From Chloroflexota bacterium (lineage in GTDB: Bacteria; Chloroflexota; UBA11872; VXOZ01): a DNA stretch of 64,000 nucleotides. This document shows positions 18,788 through 30,636 of this stretch, one piece after another. The notes below the pieces were generated by a model. The model ran no database searches. It was given only the letters and a program-made list of their open reading frames with translations, and had not been told where the DNA came from. Numbering within the stretch: the stretch's first letter is position 1; every line of letters begins with the position of its first letter. The translations under genes and the position numbers were made by a program. The stretch lies in the NCBI GenBank assembly GCA_963663275.1, contig OY760183.1:448001-512000 (forward strand), given 5' to 3'.

Positions 18788-19681
18788 TCAACGCCTGGCG
18801 CGCTCGTCCCCGCCGAGCAACGCCGCCAGGGACGTATCCAAGGCGGCGGCGATGCGCGCGGCCGCGCCGATGGTGATGTTCTGCTTGCCCTTCTCCACCG
18901 TGCTCAGGTAGGCGCGGTCCAGGCCGGCCTGGGCGGCCAGCGCCTGTTGGCTCCAGCCGCGCTCCTTGCGCAGGCGCTGCACGCGCTGTCCCAGGGCGCT
19001 CAAGTGTTCGTCCACGGTCTGCCGCTCCCGGCCCAGGTTCAGGCGGCGGTTGGCGTGGCGAATGGCCTCCAAAGGATCGTCCGAGACCAGGTCCGCCGGA
19101 ATGCCGGCGCGCGCCGCGGGCGTCTCCAGGCAGCCGCCGCCCACGAACACCAGCGGCGGGTCGGCCAGCGCCTTCAGAATCCCGGCCGCCTCCCGCGCCA
19201 CCGGGATGCGGTCCGGCCGCGAAAGCGAAAGGATCACCACGTCCGGCCGGCGCTCCTCCACCCATGCCACCAGGTCGCGGGTGGGCGTATTCTGCCCCAG
19301 GAAAGCCACGTCCCAGCCCTCCATATAGAAGAGGTCGGCAATCAAGCGCGCGCCCACCGCGTGCATCTCGCCTTCCACGGCGGTAATCACGGCCTCCGCG
19401 CCCACGCGCTGCCGCCGCCGGGCCAGACCCCGGATATAGGCGCTCTGCTGCAGTGTAATCTGGATCGCCAGATGTTCCACGGCGATGTTCAGTTTCCCCT
19501 TGCGCCAGGCGTCTCCCACCGCGGCCAGGGCGGGCGTGAGCACCTCCACGTAGACCACTACCGGCTCCAGGCCGCGGTCCATGGCGTCCCGGATCACACG
19601 GGACGCCTCATCATGGTCGCCGGCGAATAAGGTCTGCGTGTACCGTTCCCGCAGGATTTCTACGTCTCGATTGTCTGCCAT
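18788..19681 (-). CDS. cobalamin-binding regulator (B12-binding_2 + B12-binding) with C-terminal XRE HTH
   Basis: W-x9-EH ([12 protein letters not shown]), ExHxxG (EMHAVG), FLGQNTP, VGG; C-term [27 protein letters not shown] is XRE-like. Confidence 0.88.
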   Translation of the reverse strand: MADNRDVEILRERYTQTLFAGDHDEASRVIRDAMDRGLEPVVVYVEVLTPALAAVGDAWRKGKLNIAVEHLAIQITLQQSAYIRGLARRRQRVGAEAVITAVEGEMHAVGARLIADLFYMEGWDVAFLGQNTPTRDLVAWVEERRPDVVILSLSRPDRIPVAREAAGILKALADPPLVFVGGGCLETPAARAGIPADLVSDDPLEAIRHANRRLNLGRERQTVDEHLSALGQRVQRLRKERGWSQQALAAQAGLDRAYLSTVEKGKQNITIGAAARIAAALDTSLAALLGGDERARR

Positions 19682-19724
19682 CGGCGCCTCGCGTATATTC
19701 TGGCCGGAAAGTTGTTGTATATAG

Positions 19725-19753
19725 TTGACACCGTGTTGTGTATACTATATACT
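19725..19753 (+). promoter_or_regulatory. near-consensus sigma70 promoter of the fasciclin gene
   Basis: TTGACA-N17-TATACT in the AT-rich divergent spacer. Confidence 0.75.
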
Positions 19754-19843
19754 GCATTTGTTGGACATATGCCTCACCCGGGTAAGCATATGCTAGGCAT
19801 ATCACGCAGATTCGTCAAGAAACCTGAGCAAAAGGAGAAGAAG

Positions 19844-20842
19844 ATGCTTAGGCAATTGGCTGGTACGACCGGACGGAGGGGCAGCGCCTGGACGGCGCGC
19901 CTCCGCGCCGCGGGAGTGGCTGCCCTGCTGGGGCTCCTGCTCGCCTTGGCGGCGGCCTGCGGCACCGCCGAGGAGACCGCTCCGGCGGAGCCGGAACCGC
20001 CCGCGGCCACCATCGTGGACATTGCCGTCGGCGATGGCCGCTTCGGGACTTTGGTAGCGGCCTTGCAGGCCGCCGACCTGGTGGAAACCCTGCAAGGTGA
20101 CGGTCCGTTTACCGTCTTCGCTCCCACGGACGACGCTTTCGCCAAGCTGCCCGAGGGCACCGTGGCGGCGCTCCTGGAGGACATCCCCGCTCTCACCGAC
20201 ATCCTCCTCTACCATGTCGTGGCCGGCGCCGTGATGGCGGCTGACGTCGTCAAACTCGACGCCGCCACCACCGTGCAGGGCGGCGCGGTAACGATCACCG
20301 TTGACGGCGACACCGTGCGCGTCAACGACGCCCAGGTCGTCATCACCGACATCCAGGCGTCCAACGGCGTTATCCACGTCATCGACACCGTGCTGCTGCC
20401 GCCTTCCGCCATGGCGGAACCGGAAGCGCCCGCGGCCACCATCGTGGACATTGCCGTCGGCGATGGCCGCTTCGAAACCCTGGTAGCGGCTCTGCAGGCC
20501 GCCGACCTGGTGGAAACCCTGCAAGGTGACGGTCCGTTTACCGTCTTCGCTCCCACGGACGACGCTTTCGCCAAGCTGCCCGAGGGCACGGTGGCCGCGC
20601 TCCTGGAAGACATCCCCGCTCTCACCGACATCCTCCTCTACCACGTCGTGGCCGGCGCCGTGATGGCAGCTGACGTCGTCAAACTCGACGCCGCCACCAC
20701 CGTGCAGGGCGGCGCGGTAACGATCACCGTTGACGGCGACACCGTGCGCGTCAACGACGCCCAGGTCGTCATCACCGACATCCAGGCCGCCAACGGCGTC
20801 ATCCACGTCATCGATGCCGTACTGCTGCCGCCGCAGGACTAA
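19844..20842 (+). CDS. fasciclin (FAS1) domain lipoprotein, two near-identical domains
   Basis: LAAAC lipobox; [20 protein letters not shown] and NGVIHVID each occur twice; RBS AAGGAG. Confidence 0.93.
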   Translation: MLRQLAGTTGRRGSAWTARLRAAGVAALLGLLLALAAACGTAEETAPAEPEPPAATIVDIAVGDGRFGTLVAALQAADLVETLQGDGPFTVFAPTDDAFAKLPEGTVAALLEDIPALTDILLYHVVAGAVMAADVVKLDAATTVQGGAVTITVDGDTVRVNDAQVVITDIQASNGVIHVIDTVLLPPSAMAEPEAPAATIVDIAVGDGRFETLVAALQAADLVETLQGDGPFTVFAPTDDAFAKLPEGTVAALLEDIPALTDILLYHVVAGAVMAADVVKLDAATTVQGGAVTITVDGDTVRVNDAQVVITDIQAANGVIHVIDAVLLPPQD

Positions 20843-21006
20843 GCGGTAAGCAGGGCATAGATGGCAAGCGGGGTCTTCATTGAAGTCACGCTGCTTGGCC
20901 GGTCGTGCCGCACGCGCGGACGAGAGTGCGCCATGCGTTTCGACGCTCGTTCTCGTCTGCGCGCTGCGCGACCCTGGCGGTGGACGCTCTAAGGCGGACG
21001 CTCTGA

Positions 21007-21036
21007 TTTGACACTAGTATCAAACGTCTTTATACT
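21007..21036 (+). promoter_or_regulatory. near-consensus promoter with a palindrome over the -35 box
   Basis: TTGACA-N17-TATACT; TTTGAcACTAGTaTCAAA dyad at 21007-21024. Confidence 0.7.
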
Positions 21037-21267
21037 ATAGAGGAAGTCTGGCATCCGCTATGACTCACGCAATCTCCCAGTACGAAGGCAGCCGCTTGCG
21101 CCTCCGCAAGCAACCCCCCAGCGACCGTATGAAGCCTCGCTTTGCGTTAAGATTCCGCGCCAGCGGACAGCCTTCACGCGCCGACCGCGTCGGCGAAAGG
21201 AGGAGTGGGCTCTAAGAATACGAGTTTCGCGCAGACTGTGTTTCGTGCAGACTGAAGGAGATAAGCA

Positions 21268-21483
21268 GTGGAAGCACTACAGTTGGTGGTACTCATCGTA
21301 GCGGCGGTCGGCGCCCTTAACTGGGGTCTGGTCGGCCTGGCGAAGATCGACCTGGTAGCCCTCATCGCCGGCGGCCTCAAGTTCGGCGAAGTGAACACCA
21401 TTTCCCGCGTGCTGTACATCGTGGTCGGCATCTGCGGCGTCCTCGCCGTCGTCTTGGAATTCATGGGCGACACCGCCGCGTAG
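21268..21483 (+). CDS. DUF378 family small membrane protein
   Basis: VGALNWGLVGL..IDLV..I.G......SRVLYIVVG; GTG after AAGGAG. Confidence 0.9.
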   Translation: MEALQLVVLIVAAVGALNWGLVGLAKIDLVALIAGGLKFGEVNTISRVLYIVVGICGVLAVVLEFMGDTAA

Positions 21484-21510
21484 GCCGCGTTTGCCATTGC
21501 CTTAATGCCA

Positions 21511-21661
21511 GTAGGGGCGGTTCGCGAACCGCCCCTACGTGATTCAAGAGCCGCCCCTGCGCCACCCGCAAACCGCACCTGCGTCGCTCACGTAGTAGGG
21601 GCGGTTCGTGAACCGCCTCTACGTCATTCAAAGACCGTCCTTGCGCCATCCGCAGAACCGC
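21511..21661. repeat. two GTAGGGGCGGTTCG REP palindromes in an 84-bp-period direct repeat
   Basis: Cores at 21511-21538 and 21595-21622 with similar downstream flanks. Confidence 0.8.
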
Positions 21662-21808
21662 CGTTGCGCGGCGCGGTCTTCAGTCCTGTGCCGCCGCGCC
21701 TGCGGCGGACCGCGCCCGCGCAACCGGCACAAGCAAAAGCGAGGATACACGCCGTGGCGTGTATCCTCGCTTCAATTTTCTCCACCTGTGGCCGCCGGCA
21801 GCCGTGTC

Positions 21809-22525
21809 TTATCCGCACTGCCACGCCGTCTGGATGTTCACCGCGCCCAGGTTCCAGTCCCGCATCTGCCAGGAATCTCCCACCCGCGCGAACGTGTATT
21901 GTTGGGCCGGATAGCCCACCACCGCGCGTGACGTCTGTTCGTCCTCGGTCGCCGCGCAGCTTAGGACGGCGTCGTATGTCCACGTTTCCGCGGTCTCCAC
22001 CACCACCTCATCGTCCCCGGAGACGCTCAGCACGGCGCACGTGCTCACATCCTGCGCCACGCCTGTAATCCGGGCGACGCTATAGGTATCGGTGGTCTTT
22101 TGGAGCAGGGACGTAGCCGCCGATTCGGCGCGCGCCGCCATCTCGCCCCACGCGGCGCTCAGTTGCGCCGCGTTCGTTTCGCCCCGCATGAAAGCCGATT
22201 GGGCCTGGTTGGCGGCGCTGATCGCGGCGCTCAGCGCGGGCGTGCACGGGGCGCCGGCCGCCAGCGCGGGCGCCGGCATCGGCTCCGGCAGCGGCGTAGC
22301 CGTCGGCAGCGGGGTGGGAACCGGCGTAGGCGCCGGCGCCGGCATGGGCGTGGGAGAGGCGATCATGGCCGGTGTTGCCTGCGCCTCCTCCTGGGGCATT
22401 GGCGTCGGCTCCGCGGCCTCCTCGCTGCCGGGATCCGTCACGCGCAGCGCCACCACGGTACCCGCCACCACCAGCAGCACAACCAACACCGCAATGAGGA
22501 ACCCTATCACCCGTGACCCGCTCAT
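21809..22525 (-). CDS. hypothetical membrane-anchored protein with Pro/Thr linker and Cys-containing extracellular domain
   Basis: N-terminal TM helix, PTP repeats, four Cys; RBS AGGAG. Confidence 0.7.
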   Translation of the reverse strand: MSGSRVIGFLIAVLVVLLVVAGTVVALRVTDPGSEEAAEPTPMPQEEAQATPAMIASPTPMPAPAPTPVPTPLPTATPLPEPMPAPALAAGAPCTPALSAAISAANQAQSAFMRGETNAAQLSAAWGEMAARAESAATSLLQKTTDTYSVARITGVAQDVSTCAVLSVSGDDEVVVETAETWTYDAVLSCAATEDEQTSRAVVGYPAQQYTFARVGDSWQMRDWNLGAVNIQTAWQCG

Positions 22526-22616
22526 TGGCACACTCCTATCTGCAAACGCTTTCCTCACATACTACCCTTAATGCCCAGCGCGTGCACCCGTCAGGGGCAA
22601 CAGCATCGGTGCAAGG

Positions 22617-22684
22617 TGCTATAATGAAGGTGTTTGCGGGAAGTGGGGCACGCCCCGCGCAGGTGGGTCGCCCACTTCTTCTTA
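22617..22684 (+). promoter_or_regulatory. extended -10 promoter and rimP/nusA-leader-like attenuator hairpin
   Basis: TGCTATAAT then GAAGTGGG...CCCACTTC-TTCTT, resembling the conserved leader of rimP-nusA-infB operons. Confidence 0.65.
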
Positions 22685-22735
22685 ATTCCTGGCGGCTGCC
22701 CGGGTAGATGTTGGCAGCAGGGGAAGGTATCGCGC

Positions 22736-23971
22736 ATGAAGAGCGATTTTGTTTCGGCAATCGCGCAGATTGCCAGTGAAAAAGGCCTCAATCAAGAAGA
22801 CGTCATTAGCGCGCTGGAGACCGCAATCCTCTCCGCGTACCGCAAAGTCAGCGGCGATCCGGTGCCCAACGCCGTCGCATACTTCGACGCGCAATCCGGC
22901 GAATCGAAGATCTACGCCCCCAAAGTGGTGGTGGAAAGCGTCGAAGACCGCGAGACCGAAATCAGCGTGGCCGACGCCCAGGCCATCGACCCGGAGGCGG
23001 AACCCGGCGACGAAATAGAGGTGGAAATTACCCCGCCCAACGTAGGGCGCATTGCCGCCCAGGCCGCAAGGCAGGTGCTGCTCCAATCCTTGCGCGAAAA
23101 GGAGCGCGACCACGTCTACGACGACTTCATCGACCGCGTGGGCGAAATCGTCAGCGGACGGGTGCAGCGCGTGGACAATCGCGGCGTGGTGCTGGACTTC
23201 GGCCGCGCCGAAGCCCTGATGTCTTCCGCCGACATGGTGCCCGGCGAACGCGACCGCTACCGCCTGGGCCAACGCCTGCGCGCCTACATCGCGGAAGTGC
23301 GCAAAGACCTGAAAGGGCCCGTGGTGCGCGTCTCACGCGCCCACAAGGACTTCATCCGCCGCCTCATCGAGCAGGAAGTGCCCGAAGTGCAGAGCGGCAC
23401 CGTGGAAATCAAGGAAATTGCCCGCGACCCGGGTTCGCGCACCAAGGTCGCCGTCGCCGCCACCCAGGAGGGCCTCGACCCCGTAGGCTCCTGCGTCGGC
23501 ATGAGAGGCACGCGCATCCAGAACGTGCTCCGCGAACTTGGCAACGAGAAAGTGGAGATCATCGAGTGGAGCGAGGATACCGCCACCTTCATCAAGAACG
23601 CCCTCTCGCCCGCGGAAATCCAACGGGTGGAACTCATCGAGGTGGACGAGCAACAGGTAGCCTCCGTGCACGTGGCCGCGGACATGGTCTCGCTGGCTAT
23701 CGGCCGCGACGGCCAGAACACGCGCCTGGCCAACCGGCTCACCGGCTGGAAGATCAACATCCGCTCGCTGGAAGAAGAGCAAGAAGCCGCCGAACACAGC
23801 GCGGCCCAGCCGGAAGACGCCCCGTCAGCGGCGCAGCCGGAACCGCCGCAGCCGGAAGCCACGGCGTCCGCGCCGCAAGCGTCGGCGCCGCAGGCGGACG
23901 CGCAGGACGAGGACGGCTTGGCCGAAGTCGCGGAACCCCTCAGCACAGAGGAGTCCACGGGCGGCGGCTAG
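22736..23971 (+). CDS. nusA: transcription termination factor NusA
   Basis: GRIAAQ, S1 domain, ARDPGSRTKVAV, VGMRGTRIQ, LAIGRDGQN; acidic disordered tail. Confidence 0.97.
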   Translation: MKSDFVSAIAQIASEKGLNQEDVISALETAILSAYRKVSGDPVPNAVAYFDAQSGESKIYAPKVVVESVEDRETEISVADAQAIDPEAEPGDEIEVEITPPNVGRIAAQAARQVLLQSLREKERDHVYDDFIDRVGEIVSGRVQRVDNRGVVLDFGRAEALMSSADMVPGERDRYRLGQRLRAYIAEVRKDLKGPVVRVSRAHKDFIRRLIEQEVPEVQSGTVEIKEIARDPGSRTKVAVAATQEGLDPVGSCVGMRGTRIQNVLRELGNEKVEIIEWSEDTATFIKNALSPAEIQRVELIEVDEQQVASVHVAADMVSLAIGRDGQNTRLANRLTGWKINIRSLEEEQEAAEHSAAQPEDAPSAAQPEPPQPEATASAPQASAPQADAQDEDGLAEVAEPLSTEESTGGG

Positions 23972-24052
23972 CGTTGCGCGCAGTTCGCGGCCAACGCACC
24001 GTCCGCGAACGCCGCGCGGCGCGGGCCTGGCGGAAGGGAGCGCGGGTGACCC

Positions 24053-24421
24053 ATGGGCGCGCCACAGGCAAAACACGTGCCGCTGCGCACCTGCATCGGC
24101 TGCCGCGCCACAAAGCCCAAGGCGGCGCTGGTGCGCATCGTGCGCGCGGCGGACGGGCAGGCGCGCATTGACGAAACGGGCAATGCAGGCGGCCGCGGCG
24201 CGTACTGCTGCCCCGACGCCGCCTGCGCCGACCGAGCGCTGCAAGCCGGTGCGCTCAACCGGGCGCTGCGGACGAACGTGAACGCGGCGGCGCGCGCGGA
24301 ACTGCGGGCGTGGGCCGCGGGCCTGCGGGCGCCGGACGACCCGGCCGCGGTAGACGGCCAACGACGTCTTCCTTCCCCGGCTCACCGCAGCGGGAGGGGC
24401 ACAAAACGCGAGAGGTGGTAG
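24053..24421 (+). CDS. ylxR: YlxR (RnpM, DUF448) family protein
   Basis: PLRTCIGCR..KPK..LVRIV, GRGAYC; lies between nusA and infB. Confidence 0.92.
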   Translation: MGAPQAKHVPLRTCIGCRATKPKAALVRIVRAADGQARIDETGNAGGRGAYCCPDAACADRALQAGALNRALRTNVNAAARAELRAWAAGLRAPDDPAAVDGQRRLPSPAHRSGRGTKRERW

Positions 24422-24425
24422 AACC

Positions 24426-26354
<1,929 letters not shown>

Positions 26355-26388
26355 CGCCGCCGCGCGCCCGCACTCCGCGCCCGTGAAG

Positions 26389-26528
26389 GAGTCCTTTGCA
26401 TAACTCCGTCATTCCGGCGAAAGCCGGAATCCAGACCGCATTTACAACTAAAAGCGCATTGCTTTCAATCCTTTTCACCCCCATCCCAACCTTCCCCCTC
26501 AATGGGGAAGGGGCTATGCAAAGGTCTC
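26389..26528. mobile_element. MITE-A (140 bp, GAGACCTTTGCA-type TIRs) between infB and rbfA
   Basis: cgtgaag|GAGTCCTTTGCATAAC ... GCTATGCAAAGGTCTC|cgtgaag (flanking direct repeat). Confidence 0.85.
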
Positions 26529-26546
26529 CGTGAAGGGAGCATCCAC

Positions 26547-26957
26547 GTGGATCTGCGAAAACTGGAACGCTCTACCGCCCTGCTGCGCGAGGAACTGACC
26601 GACATTCTGCGCGCCGACGTGCGCGATCCCCGCCTGCACACGGTGACGGTCTCGGCGGTGCGCCTGTCCCGCGATCGACGCTTCGCCCGCGTCTACGTGA
26701 GCCTGGCGGAAGGCGAGGAGGCGGAGGAGCAGGCGGTGCTGGCCGCCCTGCGCCGCGCCGCCGGTTTCGTGCGCCGCTGCCTGGCGCAACGGCTGACCTG
26801 GTATAAAGCGCCGGAGATTACCTTTCACCTCGACGAGGGCATGAAAGAGGGCGATCGCGTGCTGGCCCTCTTCCGCGACATCGAGACGGAGTCAGGCGCG
26901 GAGGCAAGCGCGGCGGAACCGGCCGGCGAGCGCGCCGGGGAGCGCCCTCCCCGGTGA
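26547..26957 (+). CDS. rbfA: ribosome-binding factor A
   Basis: VRDPRL..VTVS.V.LSRD...ARVYVS...AAGFVR..L...L....APEITF.LD; GTG start. Confidence 0.93.
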   Translation: MDLRKLERSTALLREELTDILRADVRDPRLHTVTVSAVRLSRDRRFARVYVSLAEGEEAEEQAVLAALRRAAGFVRRCLAQRLTWYKAPEITFHLDEGMKEGDRVLALFRDIETESGAEASAAEPAGERAGERPPR

Positions 26958-28042
26958 TGGATACGCCCCCGCCGCCCGCGACGCGCCCCGCGCCGCCGGC
27001 GCGGTCTCCGGCCGCGAGCGCCCCGGCTCGTGAGGAAGACCGAAACGCGGCAATTCCCGTTGACGAGTGGGAGCGGGCCTCTGCGCTCACGCTGGCCGCG
27101 CGGCGCGTCGTCCTCACCACCCACGCCGGCCCCGACGGCGACGGCATCGGCAGCATGGTCGGCCTCTACATCGCGCTGCGCGCCATGGGCAAGACGGCGG
27201 CCATGGTCTGCGCCGATCCGGCGCCGCCAGACCTTACATTCGTGCCGCACTCGGACGAAGTCCAGGCGCTGCACCAACTTGATGCGCTCCCGTTCTTGCC
27301 GGACCTCTGCATCGTATGCGACGCTGCGAGCTTGGAGCGCCTCGGCGCGGTGTATGCCGAGAGTGAGCACCACTTTGCGGCGCTGCCTATCCTCAACCTC
27401 GACCACCACCAGACGAATACGCGCTTTGGGCAGGTCAACCTCGTAGACACTGCCGCGGCTGCCACCGCCGAGATCGTGCACGCGTTCCTGGAACGGTTGC
27501 AAGTCGAACCCACGCGGGAAGCAGCCACGGCGCTGATGACGGGGCTGGTTACCGACACGCTGGGGTTTCGTACCGACAGTGTCACGCCGCGCACGCTCGT
27601 CTTAGCCGCGCACCTGCTTGAACACGGCGCGCCGCTGGAAGAGATTAACCATAGGGTCTTCCACGCCACGCGCTTTGAGAAACTGAAGCTCTGGGGCTAC
27701 GGCCTTGCCAACCTGCAACGCAGCGAGGATGGACGCATCGTTTGGGTGCAACTTCCGCGCGAAGTGCGCAGAGAACTGGGGGCCAAGGAGACCGACTTGA
27801 TGGGACTGGCCTCCTTAATCGAGGGTATTGAAGGCGCGGATGTTGTCATCCTCGCTTGGGACAAGCGGAAGGACCCGCTGCGTACGGGCATTTCCCTACG
27901 GTCGCGCACGGTGGACGTGGCAGCCATCGCCCAAACGCTTGGCGGCGGTGGCCATACCGGCGCCGCCGGCGCGCTCCTCAACGAGCCGCTGGACGCGGGC
28001 CTGGCCAAAGCCCTGGCCGCCGCCCAGGCGGGTCTCCACTAG
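26954..28042 (+). CDS. nrnA: DHH/DHHA1 phosphoesterase (NrnA, nanoRNase/pAp phosphatase)
   Basis: H..PDGD.IGS, DHH, TDT.GF, SLRS, GGGGH..AAG. Confidence 0.9.
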   Translation: MMDTPPPPATRPAPPARSPAASAPAREEDRNAAIPVDEWERASALTLAARRVVLTTHAGPDGDGIGSMVGLYIALRAMGKTAAMVCADPAPPDLTFVPHSDEVQALHQLDALPFLPDLCIVCDAASLERLGAVYAESEHHFAALPILNLDHHQTNTRFGQVNLVDTAAAATAEIVHAFLERLQVEPTREAATALMTGLVTDTLGFRTDSVTPRTLVLAAHLLEHGAPLEEINHRVFHATRFEKLKLWGYGLANLQRSEDGRIVWVQLPREVRRELGAKETDLMGLASLIEGIEGADVVILAWDKRKDPLRTGISLRSRTVDVAAIAQTLGGGGHTGAAGALLNEPLDAGLAKALAAAQAGLH

Positions 28043-28160
28043 CCCGCGCGGGGCAACTGATTCAGGGCAAGAGTTCCCTCTCCCACATGAGACCTTCGGG
28101 CAACTTCGCTGAGAAGAGAATAGTCCTCTCTCACCTGGGGCAAAGTGGCCGATGAAGCCC

Positions 28161-28296
28161 AGCGCGCGTGTCTTATCCCCTCTCCCATGGGAGAGCGTGA
28201 GCGCGCGTGTCTTATCCCCTCTCCCATGGGAGAGCGTGAGCGTGCGTGTCTTATCCCCTCTCCCTCAGGGAGAGGGTTAGGGTGAGGGTGAGGGTG
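28161..28296. repeat. 39-bp tandem repeat x3 ending in a CCCTCTCCC REP
   Basis: Units start at 28161, 28200 and 28239; the third runs into gggagagggttagggtgaggg. Confidence 0.85.
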
Positions 28297-28307
28297 AACG
28301 CTGCGCC

Positions 28308-29198
28308 ATGCGCCACGGCTTTCTCAACATCGCCAAACCGAGCGGCGTCACCTCCCACGACGTCGTGAACGCCGTCCGCCGCCTGCTGGGGCAACGGCGC
28401 GTGGGGCACGCCGGCACGCTGGATCCGCCGGCGCGGGGCGTGCTGGTTGTCGGCGTGGGGCACGGCACGCGCCTCATCGAGTATCTCGCCGCCACGCGCA
28501 AGACCTACCGCGCCACCGTCCTGCTCGGCCGGACCACGACCACCGACGACGGCGCGGGCGACCTGCTGGAAGAACGGCCGGTCGCCGTGGACGCCGCGGC
28601 CGCGCGCGCGGCCTTAAGCCAATTCACCGGCACGCTGGCGCAGGTACCGCCCGCGTTCGCCGCCGTGCGCGTCCAGGGCCAGCGCGCCTACGCCCGGGCG
28701 CGGCGCGGCGAGACGGTAACGCTCGCGCCGCGCCCGGTGACGATCTATCGCCTCGACGCCGTGGACGTAACACTCCCGCGGCTTACCCTGGAGGTGGAGT
28801 GTTCCACCGGCACCTATATTCGCGCCCTGGCGCGGGATCTGGGCGCGGCCCTGGGCTGCGGCGGACACCTGGAATCTCTCACGCGCACGCGGGTTGGCGC
28901 GTTTTCGCTGGAGGAGGCCGTGCCGCTCCACCAACTGGCAGGCCGCGCGGCGGACCGGAATTGGGAAACCGCGCTGCTGCCCCTGGATTGGCCCCTGCGC
29001 CACTGGCCGGAGCGCCGCCTGAGCGCCGACGAGACGGCGCGGGTGCTGAACGGCATGAGCGTCGCCGCCAGCGGCGCGCCTCCCGCCGGGCAATTCGCCC
29101 GCGCCTACGACCCGCAGGGACGCTTGCTCGCGGTGCTGCGGGCCGTAGACGCCGCTCCGCTCTGGCAGCCGGTGAAAGTCTTTCGCTATAATCCATGA
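28308..29198 (+). CDS. truB: tRNA pseudouridine(55) synthase
   Basis: KPSGVTSHDVV, GHAGTLDP, QVPPAFAAV, CSTGTYIR.LA.DLG. Confidence 0.96.
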   Translation: MRHGFLNIAKPSGVTSHDVVNAVRRLLGQRRVGHAGTLDPPARGVLVVGVGHGTRLIEYLAATRKTYRATVLLGRTTTTDDGAGDLLEERPVAVDAAAARAALSQFTGTLAQVPPAFAAVRVQGQRAYARARRGETVTLAPRPVTIYRLDAVDVTLPRLTLEVECSTGTYIRALARDLGAALGCGGHLESLTRTRVGAFSLEEAVPLHQLAGRAADRNWETALLPLDWPLRHWPERRLSADETARVLNGMSVAASGAPPAGQFARAYDPQGRLLAVLRAVDAAPLWQPVKVFRYNP

Positions 29199-29309
29199 TG
29201 ATGCGCGTAGCGATGGCGGGCACGACAGCAGGTTTGCTTTGCAGAGCGGGAGCGACGGCGGCACAGGACGCGGAGGCGGGGGACAAGCCCCCGCGCTACA
29301 GTGTGAACC

Positions 29310-29551
29310 GCGTAACGAGGGGTGCGCATCGCTGCCATCCGTCCGGTAGCGCAGGTTTGCAACCTGCGCCGTTTCACAGTGGTGTGTGATCGGCGTAACG
29401 AGGTCTGCGCATCGCCGCCATGTGTCCGGTAGCGCAGGTTTGCAACCTGCGCCGTTTCACAGTGGTGTGTGATCGGCGTAACGAGGTCTGCGCATCCCCG
29501 CCATGTGTCCGGTAGCGCAGGTTTGCAACCTGCGCCGTTTCGCAGTGGTGT
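29310..29551. repeat. 83-bp tandem repeat x3, each unit holding a GTAG REP
   Basis: gtccggtagcgcaggtttgcaacctgcgcc at 29341, 29424 and 29507. Confidence 0.88.
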
Positions 29552-29646
29552 CGGAGGAGCGCGGCAGTACGGTTACTCCTCATGACAAAGAAGCCGCGCC
29601 GCTAGTCGCCTGAGTATGCAGGCAGAGGCAAGGATAGGCAACCGCC

Positions 29647-30606
29647 GTGGAGGTTTTTCGCCGAGACCCGGAGACGCTTGAGTCCGACCGTCCCACTGTG
29701 CTCACCATCGGCAAGTTCGACGGCATTCACCGGGGCCACCGGCAGGTGCTGGAGGCCGTGGCGGCGCGGGCGCGGGCGCGTGGCTGGCAGTCCGCCGTCA
29801 TCATCCTCTGGCCGCCGCCGCCGGAAGTGCTGCGGCCCGGCGCGCGCATACCCCGCCTCTCCACGCTGGCCGAGCGGGAAGCCGCCATCGCCGCCAGCGG
29901 CATCGACCTGCTCATCCTCTGGCCCTTTACGCTCGCGCTCTCGCGCCTGACGCCCCGCGACTTCATGCAGGTCTTGCGCGACCGCCTCGACCTGCGCCTG
30001 CTCGTGGTCGGCAGCAACTTCGCCCTGGGCCACCGCCGCAGCGGCACGCCAGATGTCTTAAAGAAGCTAGGGAACGAACTGAGTTTCGAACTAATCGTCT
30101 CGCCGCCGTACGTGCACGAGGGGCAGGCCGTCAGCAGTTCGGTGATTCGCGAGTGCCTGTCTACCGGCGACGTAACGCAGGCGGCACGCCTGCTCGGCCG
30201 CTGGCCGACCCTCACCGGCACGGTGGCCCGCGGCGCGGGACGCGGCAAAGACCTGGGCTTCCCCACGGCCAATCTCCACCTCGCCGAGCCGCTCGCCGTG
30301 CCCGCCCACGGCATCTACGCTACCTATACAACAGTCGCGCCGGACGGCAAGGCCGAGGCACACCGGTCGGTCACCAGCATCGGCGTGCGCCCGACTTTCA
30401 ACGACACGAATGAACGGACCATCGAGACTTATCTGCTGGACTACGACGCCGACCTCTACGGCCAAACCCTCCGCCTGCACTTCGTGGAAAAGCTGCGCGA
30501 CGAACTGAAATTCAACTCCGCCGCGGCTCTGATCGCCCAAATGGAGCGGGACGTGGCCCACGCGGAAACCGTGCTCGCGCAACACCCGCTGCCGCGGCAA
30601 CGCTGA
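29647..30606 (+). CDS. ribF: bifunctional riboflavin kinase/FAD synthetase
   Basis: IGKFDGIHRGH, VSSS.IR, GRG..LGFPTAN, GVRPTF, LRDE.KF. Confidence 0.96.
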   Translation: MEVFRRDPETLESDRPTVLTIGKFDGIHRGHRQVLEAVAARARARGWQSAVIILWPPPPEVLRPGARIPRLSTLAEREAAIAASGIDLLILWPFTLALSRLTPRDFMQVLRDRLDLRLLVVGSNFALGHRRSGTPDVLKKLGNELSFELIVSPPYVHEGQAVSSSVIRECLSTGDVTQAARLLGRWPTLTGTVARGAGRGKDLGFPTANLHLAEPLAVPAHGIYATYTTVAPDGKAEAHRSVTSIGVRPTFNDTNERTIETYLLDYDADLYGQTLRLHFVEKLRDELKFNSAAALIAQMERDVAHAETVLAQHPLPRQR

Positions 30607-30636
30607 CCGTTGACCAGACGTCACCTATATTTCACG

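Noticed and set aside
19711-19767. CarH-type 11-bp direct-repeat operator
   Set aside because: TnnACA-like hexamers are present on both strands but not in a clean 11-bp phase, and the regulator has an XRE rather than MerR HTH.
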